Assembly (NCBI GenBank): GCA_028534125.1
Contig: CM052816.1
Location: 22,198,001 to 22,262,000 of the forward strand
DNA from: Lama glama
Lineage: Eukaryota
Length of the DNA stretch: 64,000 nucleotides
Direction of reading: 5' to 3'
Made by a program: the position numbers and the translations under genes. The notes under the pieces are model-generated. The model was not told where the DNA came from. It saw only the letters and a program-made list of their open reading frames with translations, and made no database searches. Positions 53,990 to 64,000 of the stretch are shown piece after piece. Position 1 is the first letter of the stretch; each line of letters begins with the position of its first letter.

Positions 53990-54565
53990 CTTTTGCGTAT
54001 TTGCAAAGGAAAGAAAAGCAATCATAACAACAAAAAATTAAGAACAGTGGAACAAAACAAATTCAGAATGAACTATAAAATCAAAAGAAAAATCCAAATT
54101 ATTTTTACGCTTTAGAGGCTCATCTTTTCTTAAAAGCTGTCTTTTCAATTTGAGACGTTTACTATGAAAGATTAGTAACAGTGTTAAATATAAAAGTACT
54201 TTTCTACATGTGGGATTTCCTGCAGTACCAATACTCAGAGTAGTAATTTCACTCATGTTTAGAGGACACAAAAGTGACATCTTGTCACAAGAATCTCAGT
54301 CAAAGCCTCCCCACCTAGCTGTCCTAAGGAAAAGAGCAACTTGAAACTAATGTTCAAAATGCAGTAGGTGCATATAACCATCACCTGGCCAACTAAAAAT
54401 GTCTGCCTTTTCCAGTTAGTGCATAATGTTTAAAATAAGAGCACAAGATACTTTTTAACCCAACACTTTTAAATTAAGGCCGTCTGTGCTGTCAGTGGTC
54501 TGTTGGCCACGTGCGACCTGGCACCGCGGCCTGAGCGCAGATACTCACTGGAGGCGGGAGCGGGG

Positions 54566-54664
54566 CTATCCCGCCTTTGTGTCCACGAGCTGCATCTGCA
54601 CGTTGGCAGCCATGCCGCCCCCGTAGCCGCCCTTGGACTGCATCTGGTTCTGGATGGAGCTGAC
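54566..54664 (-). CDS. CDC42SE2: CDC42SE2 (SPEC2) last coding exon
   Basis: Acceptor ctccag|GTC on - strand; VSSIQNQMQSKGGYGGGMAANVQMQLVDTKAG-stop is the CDC42SE2 C-terminus; donor CCA|gtgagt at 54549/54548; tail-to-tail synteny with RAPGEF6. Confidence 0.93.
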   Translation of the reverse strand, partial: VSSIQNQMQSKGGYGGGMAANVQMQLVDTKAG

Positions 54665-54989
54665 CTGGAGCGAGGGAGACACAGAAGCAGGGTCGGAACT
54701 AGGGCCACCACAACCGAGTGAGTCTCGCCTCAACAGTCTAGGTGGGCTGCTCTGTCCAGAAGGGCACTTTTCATAGGAAGTATTTCTGTAGCCTTTTTGA
54801 AGTGTTTTCATTATAAGGGGAAATGTGAGGCTAGTAACTGAAGCTTTTTTTTGTACAACTCCCTGTCCAACTACTTTCTCTACTTCCCTAGTACAAAAAA
54901 ACCGTCCTGTAACTCACCAAGCACTCGGCTGCATTTCAGAAACAGTCAAAAGTCAAAGTACAGATCAAGTCAACTTTGTTATTCAACCA

Positions 54990-55710
54990 CTGTCACAAAT
55001 GTAAATACCTCATTGGTTTTTAATGGCTGTATAATATTCTATAGTGGTATGTTACCTGGTTTAATTACTGACAGACATATTAGGAAGCTCTCAAAATGTT
55101 CGCTACTTCAGAAAATGCTACAGCATATGTATTTGCATACTTGTGCAGACACACCAGAAAGAAAGCTTCTTAGAAACAGTTACTGGGTCAGAGGGTGTGC
55201 ATTTTTCACTGGTTAGTGCCAAATTGCCATCCAAACACACAAAATTTGTTTCCACCGGTAGTGTTTGAAAATACCCATGTCCCCATGTCTCCATTTCATA
55301 TTATCAACCTTGTTAATACTAGTGAGGTTCAGTGTCTTTTCATATGTTGGCTGTTTGTATTTCTTAAGAACGGAGTTTCTTTGTCAGCCGTGTACATAGG
55401 TGTCTGTTTCCCACACCTGCATCAGCTCTCAGTTTTACTGTTAGTGATGCAGCATTTTATTAATGTGACCTTTATCGATTTCATAAGGTGCCTACCTACC
55501 AACCCCGTCTCAGACACAGGATTTGCCAGTAGCTGGTCTAACTCTGCAGGTTGCCTTTCCATTTTCTTGACAGTTTCCATTGCTGCACACAAGCTTTTTA
55601 AGGTGTGTGGTTTCAGGCCTGGTTTTGTTGTGAGAGAATTTTTGTGGACGGTGTAAGACAGTGGTCAAGTCTCATTCCTTGGCGTGTGGCTGTCGGGTCT
55701 CTGCAACACC
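54990..55710 (-). mobile_element. Old L1 3' region fragments
   Basis: taatggctgtataatattctatag..., tctttcatatgttggc-like text, gttgcctttccattttcttgacagtttcc...gcacacaagc; boundaries approximate. Confidence 0.6.
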
Positions 55711-55894
55711 GTTATTATATGCCCCATTTCAGTAGGATGACATTTGTGCCAAACTAGTCAATATAATAAACAGAAAACACAACTGGACTTGAGCAAGAGT
55801 GACTAGTGTCTGCTGGGCCTGACTTCTATCATTTTTATCATAGAAAGGTGTGCAGCACTCTGAGCGCAAGTACCTAGAAATGAAAGTTGACTTT

Positions 55895-56010
55895 CTTGAG
55901 GCACCTGGAACCCCGCATTCTCCCTGAGGTGAGGAGATAGAGATGAGTTTGGGGAAACTAAGGTAGCAAGAAAGAGGCTATAGCTCAGTGGTAGAGAGCC
56001 ATGGCTAGCA
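55895..56010 (+). repeat. Composite element copy 1 (leader plus truncated tRNA-like head)
   Basis: tgaggcacc...gaggagatagagatgagtttggggaaactaaggtagc...tatagctcagtggtagagagccatggctagca aligns by eye with 60191-60306. Confidence 0.8.
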
Positions 56011-59000
56011 TTTTGAGGAAAATTAAATGAATTAAAGCATGTTCAGTTTGTGGCACCAGCATCAAATAAAGGGAATATTAATGTCTTTTAAAAAAATGAA
56101 ATAATAAATGATTCTCACGTATTACTGGGAGAAAGATTAGCCAGCTGTTTTTGTAGTGAGTGAAATCCTGTCCAAAATACCTCTTCCTAAGGTTGCTCTG
56201 TTGTTGCAGCAAACAAAGTGACCCTGTGTGCAACTTGGATGGCTGCTGGGGCTCAAAACAGGTGTCAGGCTGATGTCATTGACTCATGCCATTTGGTCTG
56301 CAGGTTGGTGGCGTTTCTGTTTTAATCTTGATTCCTAGCACCACATGGGTCTGAGGCTATAAAAGAAAAACTATAAAGGAATGTCTTTACTCTTCAAGGT
56401 TATGGTATAGCCCATGCTTTTCCTGATTGCCAACTTGGTCTGGCCTTGGTGTCTCTGACGAGAGAAGCTCTGTGTTGTGACTCTCAAAGAAAGCTGCTGT
56501 GTGGAGCAGGAGGGCACTGTGAAGGCGTGAGCCTGTGTGGGGCTGGGCAACGTGCTCTGAGAGCACTGACAAGGCCTCTCAGCCTGGGCGGCCGCAGGGG
56601 CCTTGCCTGGGCATTGGCCTTGGGGAGAAACCGAGTACAGTGGATGCTTGCAGCTTTTACTGGGCAGGTGACTTAGGGAGGTATGTGTCAGAATAAAGAG
56701 TGACTTTGTAAACTTGAAGAGTTTGGGAAGAAAGAGCAAAGGAGGGGATAAAAAACAGCGCTTAGCAGAGCAGCAGGAAAGCAGAGTCCTCCTTAGCGTG
56801 CCCTCTCGCACCATCCTTATTTCTCTGGATTCCCCGAAGCGACTCGTAATTTAGCCTGACTTCTACGCATCTGGTTTTCAAGGAAAAGCTTCTGTCACGG
56901 CTGACCGTAAATTGAGGGGGTGGCTTTGAAGATGTTTTCTGAAGAGCAGAAACGTCTGAGATTATTTCCATAGCATCCCAGTGTGTTTGACAGCACTGAG
57001 TGGCCCTGTCCGTTCCTTCAGCAAGCAGTCGTGGAGCACCGACTCTGTGCCCGACAGCGTGGCTGGGGCACAAGAAATACTCCTTGTCCTGAGAAAGCGC
57101 GAGCAGCACGAGCACCCTCCCCCAGCCCCGCCAGGTCAGACACGGTCGGAACTTGGGGAAGGACTGAGGCAAAGACTGCACTTGTGGGAGTCTAGAAAGC
57201 ACGTGTTCTAAGCAAACAAGAGAGAAAGCATCCGTCGTTGCTCCGCCTAAAGGTACAAGTGCCGTACGGGGCCCGGGCGCTCCCGTTGCCACGCTGCAGC
57301 AGTGAGGGCAGACAGCACGTCGCAGCACTCATCTTAGAAGGACGCGCCTCTGCCCTGCTGCCTTCCCAGTTGATGGGGTGGGACCTGCAGGAAGGAAAGG
57401 AAACCTGAAAGTGCAAAGGTAACCGGGAGCGCGGTGAGGCCGTGTCCTAGGCTGAGAGAGGGCCAAAGGAGTAGCCGTGGCAATGACACAGCGACTTCGG
57501 CCAGTCAGTGCCACGTGAGCTGTCCTGACAACCCCCGGTATCACAGTGGCTTAGTGCAAGTCCAGTTTTTCCTTCACTTGCATAATAATGTCCAAAATGG
57601 GTTTTTCTTCATTGGTGGGTAGCTCTTCTCCTAGCCGGAGTTCAGGGATCCAGGTTCTTTTTATCCGGTGACTCTCCCATCTTTGGTCTATGACTTCTCA
57701 GGTCTCAAGAATGGGAAGGACGTGTGGGAGATTTTTACGGGCTGTGCTGGAAGTTCACAGGCTACTGTTAGACGGCGACACCTGGCCACGCCCAGCCGCG
57801 AGGGGGGCTGGGAAACGCTGTCCCGCTGCATCTGTGCTCAAGAATAGGAGGCAATCACTTCGGTAACCAGCCAGTCCGGATGCCACACTGGGCTAGAGGT
57901 CGGGGTCGGCGCGGTCCCTGATGCCTAGTGGAGAACCGCAGGCCTCCCTGGTCATTCGGTCCCTACTGCCGTTTCTCCCGTGCCTCGCTGCCCGCAGCCT
58001 TGTTCGCGCTCACAGCCCCGTCTTACTTCATCAGAGCGCTTACTACTCCCCGAGTGAGTGCCGCACGGGCGGCCCGCCTCACTCAGCGCTCCGTGAATGA
58101 ATGGCCCCCCGAGCCCTGAGTGAATGGCTCAATGGAGGAAGTGGAAGTTGAGCTGGGTATTAAGCAGACTTTACCTTGGGAGTAAGGAGATCAGGAAAAG
58201 AAAGGCGGCAGACTAAAAGGAGGCAGAGATGAGTGGATTGATCCATTTATGGAGCCGAGTCGCATCCATTCAACTGAGACTGAGTGCCTGTACGAGTGTT
58301 TCAGTTCTGGGGCCGCCTCCTCCATACCCCTGAAAAGACTGTACACTCCAATAAAAGTCGGGGACTATCAGAATGTATAAGGAGAAATAAGACCTAACGA
58401 TATACTGTCTATAAGAGGTGTGCTTTAAATGTAGAGACAGATGAGTTAAAAATAAGTTTCCCTTACAGACTGTCAAGGGGGTGGGGGAGGGGAGAAAGAC
58501 ACCACAGACCATCCTGGCATGCTAGAGACTTTGAAAACAGAAGACCTCCGGTCTAGACATGGGTAAGCCGCTGCCCCCCCACCCCTCATGCTGTACACCA
58601 GAAATTGAGACACCATTGTAAACTGTACTTCAACAAAAATGTATGTAAATAAGTAAAATTAATTTTCCCGAGTATAGAATTCTATATTGAGAGTTACTGT
58701 CTTCGAGCCACTTTTGCCCGCTGGCTTCCATTGGTCCTGCTGCATAATCAGTTGATCATCTAAAGCATATTCCTTTGAAAGCCACGAGTCTGCTTTGTCT
58801 GCCACTTTGGCCTTGGTTTTTTGTACCCTCACTATGCTAGGGCTCAAGATAGCTTACCACCTAGTGTTTTTTGTTTTTTTGGTAGATCTCGTTTGTGGGT
58901 TTTGGTTCTGTTCTCCTAGTAATTTTGTTCTCAGGCGGTGATGATGAGATACTGTAGACGTTATCTTCCATCACAGTTTCCCCAGATTGTCTGTATCCTC

Positions 59001-60036
59001 ACTCTTGAGCAATAGTTTAGCAGGGTTTAGAAACCTGCATTGTTAGTTTATTGTCTCCTGTGTCTATTCTTGCTGATCAAAAAGTGTGCTCAGTCTAAAT
59101 GTTGTATCTTTGCCAAATGGAAAGATGAAATGTTAAAAGCCATCAGGGAGCGTTTTCCCTCTATATGTGAAGTACAGGGTGTGTTTGCAAGGTGGCGTGG
59201 TCCTGGTGGAGGGCATCGTCTGCGGACAAGTGTAGTGGGAAAGGTCTGCTGGAACAAATCAGGCGTTTCGAAAGGCAGGTTCATGAGTCCACACTGGAAG
59301 AGTTCCACTTACCATGGATGTATTGTTATATGCCCAATTTACGTAGGATCAAATGTCTGCCAAAGTAGTAAACATACAAACGAAAAAACTCGATTTGAGT
59401 TTAGCAAGAATGACTAGCGTCTGCTGGGCCTGATTTTTATCATTCATCGACATGGCTCAGTGCAATGAACTCATGTCAGAGTGACCGCCACACTTCCAAA
59501 GTAATGGATGTCGTTGAACCACATTTAAGTTACATGGAAAAGTGGTCTGTGTCAAGGATGTCCCTGAAATGAAGTGGGTTTTTTTTTTAAAGACTTGCAG
59601 TAACTTTATGATGAGTGGTAACCCTTAAATTCAAGGGGGAGGAGGTAAAATAAGTGTTTTACTATCGGGCATACCTCTGCACCCATGGGCGGAAGTACCA
59701 CCTCAAAACCTAGCAGATGGCTGTTCTGGTCTACGTGGCATTATGGCAAGGCAAACGGTGGCCAGAATTATGCATTCACCAACCGCCTACCTGTGGTCAC
59801 TGTGACTGAGCAAAAGGATGGGTGAGATGTAACTTTTGATGCTAAGAGTGAATCAGTGTCCATCAAGTCCAGAGAAGTCTGTTGGGGAAGTCAGGCCCGT
59901 AAGTTAAATGAGACCTTTTGGGCAAGTTCATACATACAGACAGCAACTTAGGAAGGTATGTAGGACGTATTGCATTCATGTAAAAATGAAATTTGCTTTC
60001 TGCTTCCAGCAAAAACTCTCCTCTGTCCTTCCCCGG

Positions 60037-60330
60037 GGCTTGAACCCAGGATCTCCTGCTTGCTAGCCCTGCTCTCTACCCCTGAGCTACAGGCTCTCGC
60101 TAGCTACCTCAGTTTCCCCAAGTCAAGTCAGGTTTATCTCCCCCAGCTGAGGGAGGATGCTGGGTCCCTAGTTCCTCAGCTGCAACCCAGGCTGAGGCAC
60201 CAGGGATTCAGCATCATTCGTTAGTTGAGGAGATAAAGGTGAGTGAGGGGAAACTCAGGTAGCTAGCGAAAGCCTGTAGGTCAGGGGTAGAGAGCTAGGA
60301 CTAGCAAGCAGGAGGTTGTAGGTTCGAGGC
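60037..60330. repeat. ~294-bp imperfect inverted repeat of two head-to-head tRNA-like composite elements
   Basis: Reverse complement of 60037-60180 aligns along its length with 60191-60330; centre cctcagc-tgcaacccag-gctgagg. Confidence 0.92.
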
Positions 60331-60431
60331 AGAGAGGCAGAGAGGCAGAGAGGCAGAGAGGCAGAGAGGCAGAGAGGCAGAGAGGCAGAGAGGCAGAGAG
60401 GCAGAGAGGCAGAGAGGCAGAGAGGCAGAGA
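60327..60431. repeat. (AGGCAGAG)n 8-mer tandem array, ~13 copies, running into the gap
   Basis: Direct reading. Confidence 0.97.
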
Positions 60432-60931
60432 NNNNNNNNNNNNNNNNNNNNNNNNNNNNNNNNNNNNNNNNNNNNNNNNNNNNNNNNNNNNNNNNNNNNN
60501 NNNNNNNNNNNNNNNNNNNNNNNNNNNNNNNNNNNNNNNNNNNNNNNNNNNNNNNNNNNNNNNNNNNNNNNNNNNNNNNNNNNNNNNNNNNNNNNNNNNN
60601 NNNNNNNNNNNNNNNNNNNNNNNNNNNNNNNNNNNNNNNNNNNNNNNNNNNNNNNNNNNNNNNNNNNNNNNNNNNNNNNNNNNNNNNNNNNNNNNNNNNN
60701 NNNNNNNNNNNNNNNNNNNNNNNNNNNNNNNNNNNNNNNNNNNNNNNNNNNNNNNNNNNNNNNNNNNNNNNNNNNNNNNNNNNNNNNNNNNNNNNNNNNN
60801 NNNNNNNNNNNNNNNNNNNNNNNNNNNNNNNNNNNNNNNNNNNNNNNNNNNNNNNNNNNNNNNNNNNNNNNNNNNNNNNNNNNNNNNNNNNNNNNNNNNN
60901 NNNNNNNNNNNNNNNNNNNNNNNNNNNNNNN
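60432..60931. other. Assembly gap of exactly 500 N
   Basis: Direct count; the round number indicates a placeholder of unknown true size. Confidence 0.97.
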
Positions 60932-63690
60932 AGAAAGGATACTTAATATGATTTCAGTCTTTTAAAATTTTTTAAGACTTGATTTGTGGTTTAACATATG
61001 ACCTATGCTGGAGAATGTTTCATGCGTGCTTGAGGAGAATATGTAGTCTGCTGTTGTGTGAAGTGTTCCTTAAATGTCTGTGAAGTCCACCTGAACTGAT
61101 CTGTCTCCCTATTGATTTTCTGCTTGGGTGATCCATTTTTGAATGTGGCTTATTGAAGTCCTCTGCTGTTATTGCATTGCTGTTTATTTCTCCCTTCAGA
61201 TCCATGCATATTTGCTTTATGTAGTTTAGATGCTTCCATGTTGGGTGCATAAATATTTACAGTTGTATCTTGTTGGATTGATCCCTTCATCATTATATAA
61301 CAGCTTTCTTTGTCTCTTATTACAGTCTTTGTCTTTTTTGTTCGATATAAGTACCCCTGCTTGCTTTTGGTTTTCTTCTGCACAGAATATGTTTCCATCC
61401 CTTTACTTATAGTCAGTATCCTAAAAGTTGAAGTGCATCTCTTGTAATAAGCATATAGTTGAGTACTGTTGTTTTTTCTAGTGTATTCTGCTACTCTGTT
61501 TCTTTTGCTTGGAGAATTTAGTTCATTTACATTTAAAATAATTATTAATAGGCAGGGCCTCACTATTATCATAATGTTAATTGTTTTCTGGACGTTTTAT
61601 AACCTCTTTGTTCCTTTCTTGTTTCTCTTTTTTTGTGATATGACAATGTTCTATAGTAGTGTGCTTAGATTCCTTTCTTTTTCTCTTACATCTTTCTATT
61701 ATAGATTTTTGCTTTGTGGTTACCATGAGGCTTATGCAAAACATCTTCTATTTATAGCAGTCTATCCCAACTTTAGTTTGAGCACATTCTCAAGTTTTAT
61801 ATTTTTATTCTACCCCCACATTTTAAGTTTTTAATGTCACAATGTACATCATTTTACCTTGCATAACTGTTAAATTACTGTAGTTCTACTTGTTTTAATA
61901 ATTTTTATTTTTAAATATTTGTACTAGATTTATCAGTATTTATTAGTACAAATCTTTTGGCTTACCCATCACCATTAATTATATATTTGCCATCATCAGT
62001 GAGATTTGTATATTCATATACTTTTCTGTTACTAATTATCATCCTTTTCATTTCAGCTTGAACAACTCTCTTTAACATTTTTTTTGGCTGGTCTAGTGAT
62101 GATGAATTTCTGTAGCTCTTGCTTGTCTGGAAAACTCTTGATTTCTCTTCCACTTCTGACGGACAGCTTTGCTGGTGGAGTATTCCTGGTTGGCAGTTTT
62201 TTTCTTTTAGCACCTAGAGTATGTCTTCCTGCTCCCTTCTTTGTGCAACGTTTCTGCTTTAAAATCTGCTAAGAGACAGGGGGAGAGAGGCTTACCTTGT
62301 TTGTAAAAAATTGGGTTTTTTTCCTTGCTGCTTTTAAGATTTTTTTTTTCTTTTGTCTCTGTTTTTTGACAGTGTAATGATAATGTGTCTCAGTGTGGGC
62401 TTCTTTCTGATCGTTTTATTTGGAACTCTCTGGACTTCCTACATCTGGGTATTTATCTATTTGAGAAGGGTTGGGAATTTTTCAGGCAATATTTCTTCAA
62501 ATAAGCTTTCTGCCCTGGCCGTGGTCTTCTCCTTCTGGGACCACTGTAATGTGAATATTGACCTCCTTGATGTTGTCTCTTAAGTCCTTTAAGCTGTCTT
62601 CACTCTTTCTCTTTTTCTTTTTCTTTTTCTTTTTCTTTTTTTTCCTTTTTACTCTACTCCTTTGATTGGATAAATTCCAGCTTGCTGTTCCTTTCTTCCA
62701 TATGACTTGCTCTTTTGTTGAATCCCACTGTTGAATTTTTCAGTTTAGTAATTGTGTTCTTCAGCTGTGTGATTTTTCTTTGGTCCCTGTGTCTGTTGAA
62801 ATCCGCATTTTCATGCGTTGCCCTCTTGACCTCAGTGAACATTTTTATGACCATAATTTTGAACTCTTATGAGGTAAATCACTTATCTCCATTTTATTAA
62901 GGTCTGTTTTTGAAGTTTTATTTTGTTCTTTTGTTTGGAACATGTTCCTCTGTTTGCTCATCTTCCTGGGCTCTCTGAGTTGGTTTCTGTGCGTTACACG
63001 AAGCAGTCACGTCTCCCGGGTGTTTTGTACTGGTTACAGGTCGGAACTGAAAGTTATCATTCAGCCTGGCCCAAGTTCTTGGTTGTTTCCCAAACCCTGT
63101 GATTGTCTAAAGCCACCTTCTTTGTCACTGAAGGTGTGCCAGGACCTATCAGCGTCCCAAAGGGGAGGCTCTCAGTCAGCACCTAGAGGCAGGCTGACTT
63201 GAAGCCAGACTCTCAGGCAGCAGCTCTTAACCTATGCTAGTAGACCCCTTTCAGAGAAAGACTGGGAGCTGGGTGTTGCTGTCACTGAGCCATGGGAGGG
63301 ATAGCTAGTTAAGAATTGGTTGATTGTTTTCAACCTTATGGGACCCAAGAACTAAAGCCCTGTTGGCCACCAGAACTGAGCAGTCAGAAGATGCGTCCCC
63401 GGGAGGCAGCTGCAGTAGCTGCGTGCCAGATGTGTGTAAGCTCGTTCCAGGAAGACACCGGGTGACCTGGAACAGGCAAGAGGGGAAACATGGACCTGTT
63501 CTGTGGGCACGGTCTTAGTCTGTCTATACGTGTGCTAAATTAGAAGTCTGGCCCTCAGGTAGCAGCTTTTAAAGTATGCACGTAGCCTTTGCCAGAGAAA
63601 GACTGGGGGAGGTGGGTATGACTCATGGTGACCAAGCGTGCTGAGCCCTGGGTTGACAGCTGATTGAGAAGCGCTTCTTTGCTGCAGTGA
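60932..63690 (-). mobile_element. Decayed L1 5' half (5'UTR, ORF1, ORF2 endonuclease)
   Basis: ORF 61150..61572(-) LNVNELNSPSKRNR...YIMMKGSIQQ..VNIYAPN is L1 EN; ORFs 61962..62213 and 62654..62854(-) are ORF1-like; related blocks at ~63195-63320 and ~63540-63680 suggest 5'UTR repeats. Confidence 0.88.
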
Positions 63691-64000
63691 ACGGGCTCTT
63701 CTTTTTGATAAAAACTTGGTTAAAAAAACATTGGTGGCTAGTTGTTATAGAGTTGTTTGTTTTTAATGAGAAAAATCATTCATCCTAATAGCTTTCCAAA
63801 TATTTCAAAAAACAAAGACAAAAACTGTAAAATATTATTCAGGGAGTACAGGAGGTTAACAAATGGGCGTATAAGGTAGGAGCTTGCGCAACGGCCAGGA
63901 GACACCAAGTGAGTGCCAGAGGCTCTCAGATTGGAGGGAAATAGGGCAACATCACGAACTGCTTTTCAAGGTGTTACCAGATGAGTTCCTGTGTTTAAAG

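Noticed and set aside
55730..55825. C/D box snoRNA-like pair (also 59340-59435)
   Set aside because: CTGA is present but box C is poor (AGGATGA, AGGATCA) and there is no terminal stem; better explained as part of the duplicated block
56371..57622. Long overlapping ORFs up to 188 aa
   Set aside because: No recognisable protein similarity or exon structure; stop-codon scarcity in GC-rich DNA explains them
60327..60431. CRISPR-like or telomeric array
   Set aside because: Simple 8-mer repeat with no spacers, not TTAGGG, in a mammalian context
1421..63518. Remaining short ORF-track entries
   Set aside because: Intronic, UTR or repeat-derived frames, many with non-ATG starts; no support as independent genes

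Overview
Mammalian genomic DNA, most likely a camelid (inferred from short tRNA-Ala-derived SINEs). Bases 1-~38,360 hold the 3' half of RAPGEF6 (PDZ-GEF2) on the + strand: RA-domain exon, CDC25/RasGEF exons, a 24-nt microexon (KKRWRSLG), an alternative terminal exon ending ...RRKTL, the canonical last exon ending ...ENEQVSAV and a ~3.4 kb 3'UTR. All junctions are GT-AG and join in frame. A repeat-rich intergenic stretch with a strong CTCF-like motif follows. The convergent gene CDC42SE2 (- strand) contributes its last coding exon (54,549-54,664) and a separate 3'UTR exon. RAPGEF6 introns contain a U6-L1 chimeric retrocopy with target-site duplication and an RPL29 processed pseudogene. Beyond ~55.7 kb the sequence changes character: CpG-rich DNA, three copies of a composite element with a tRNA-like Pol III head (two forming a ~294-bp palindrome), an (AGGCAGAG)n array, an exact 500-N gap and a decayed L1. 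No new multi-gene system can be demonstrated from sequence alone. The best leads are the palindromic tRNA-like element family, the U6-L1 chimera and the abrupt GC3 shift at CDC42SE2, whose upstream exon I could not find.
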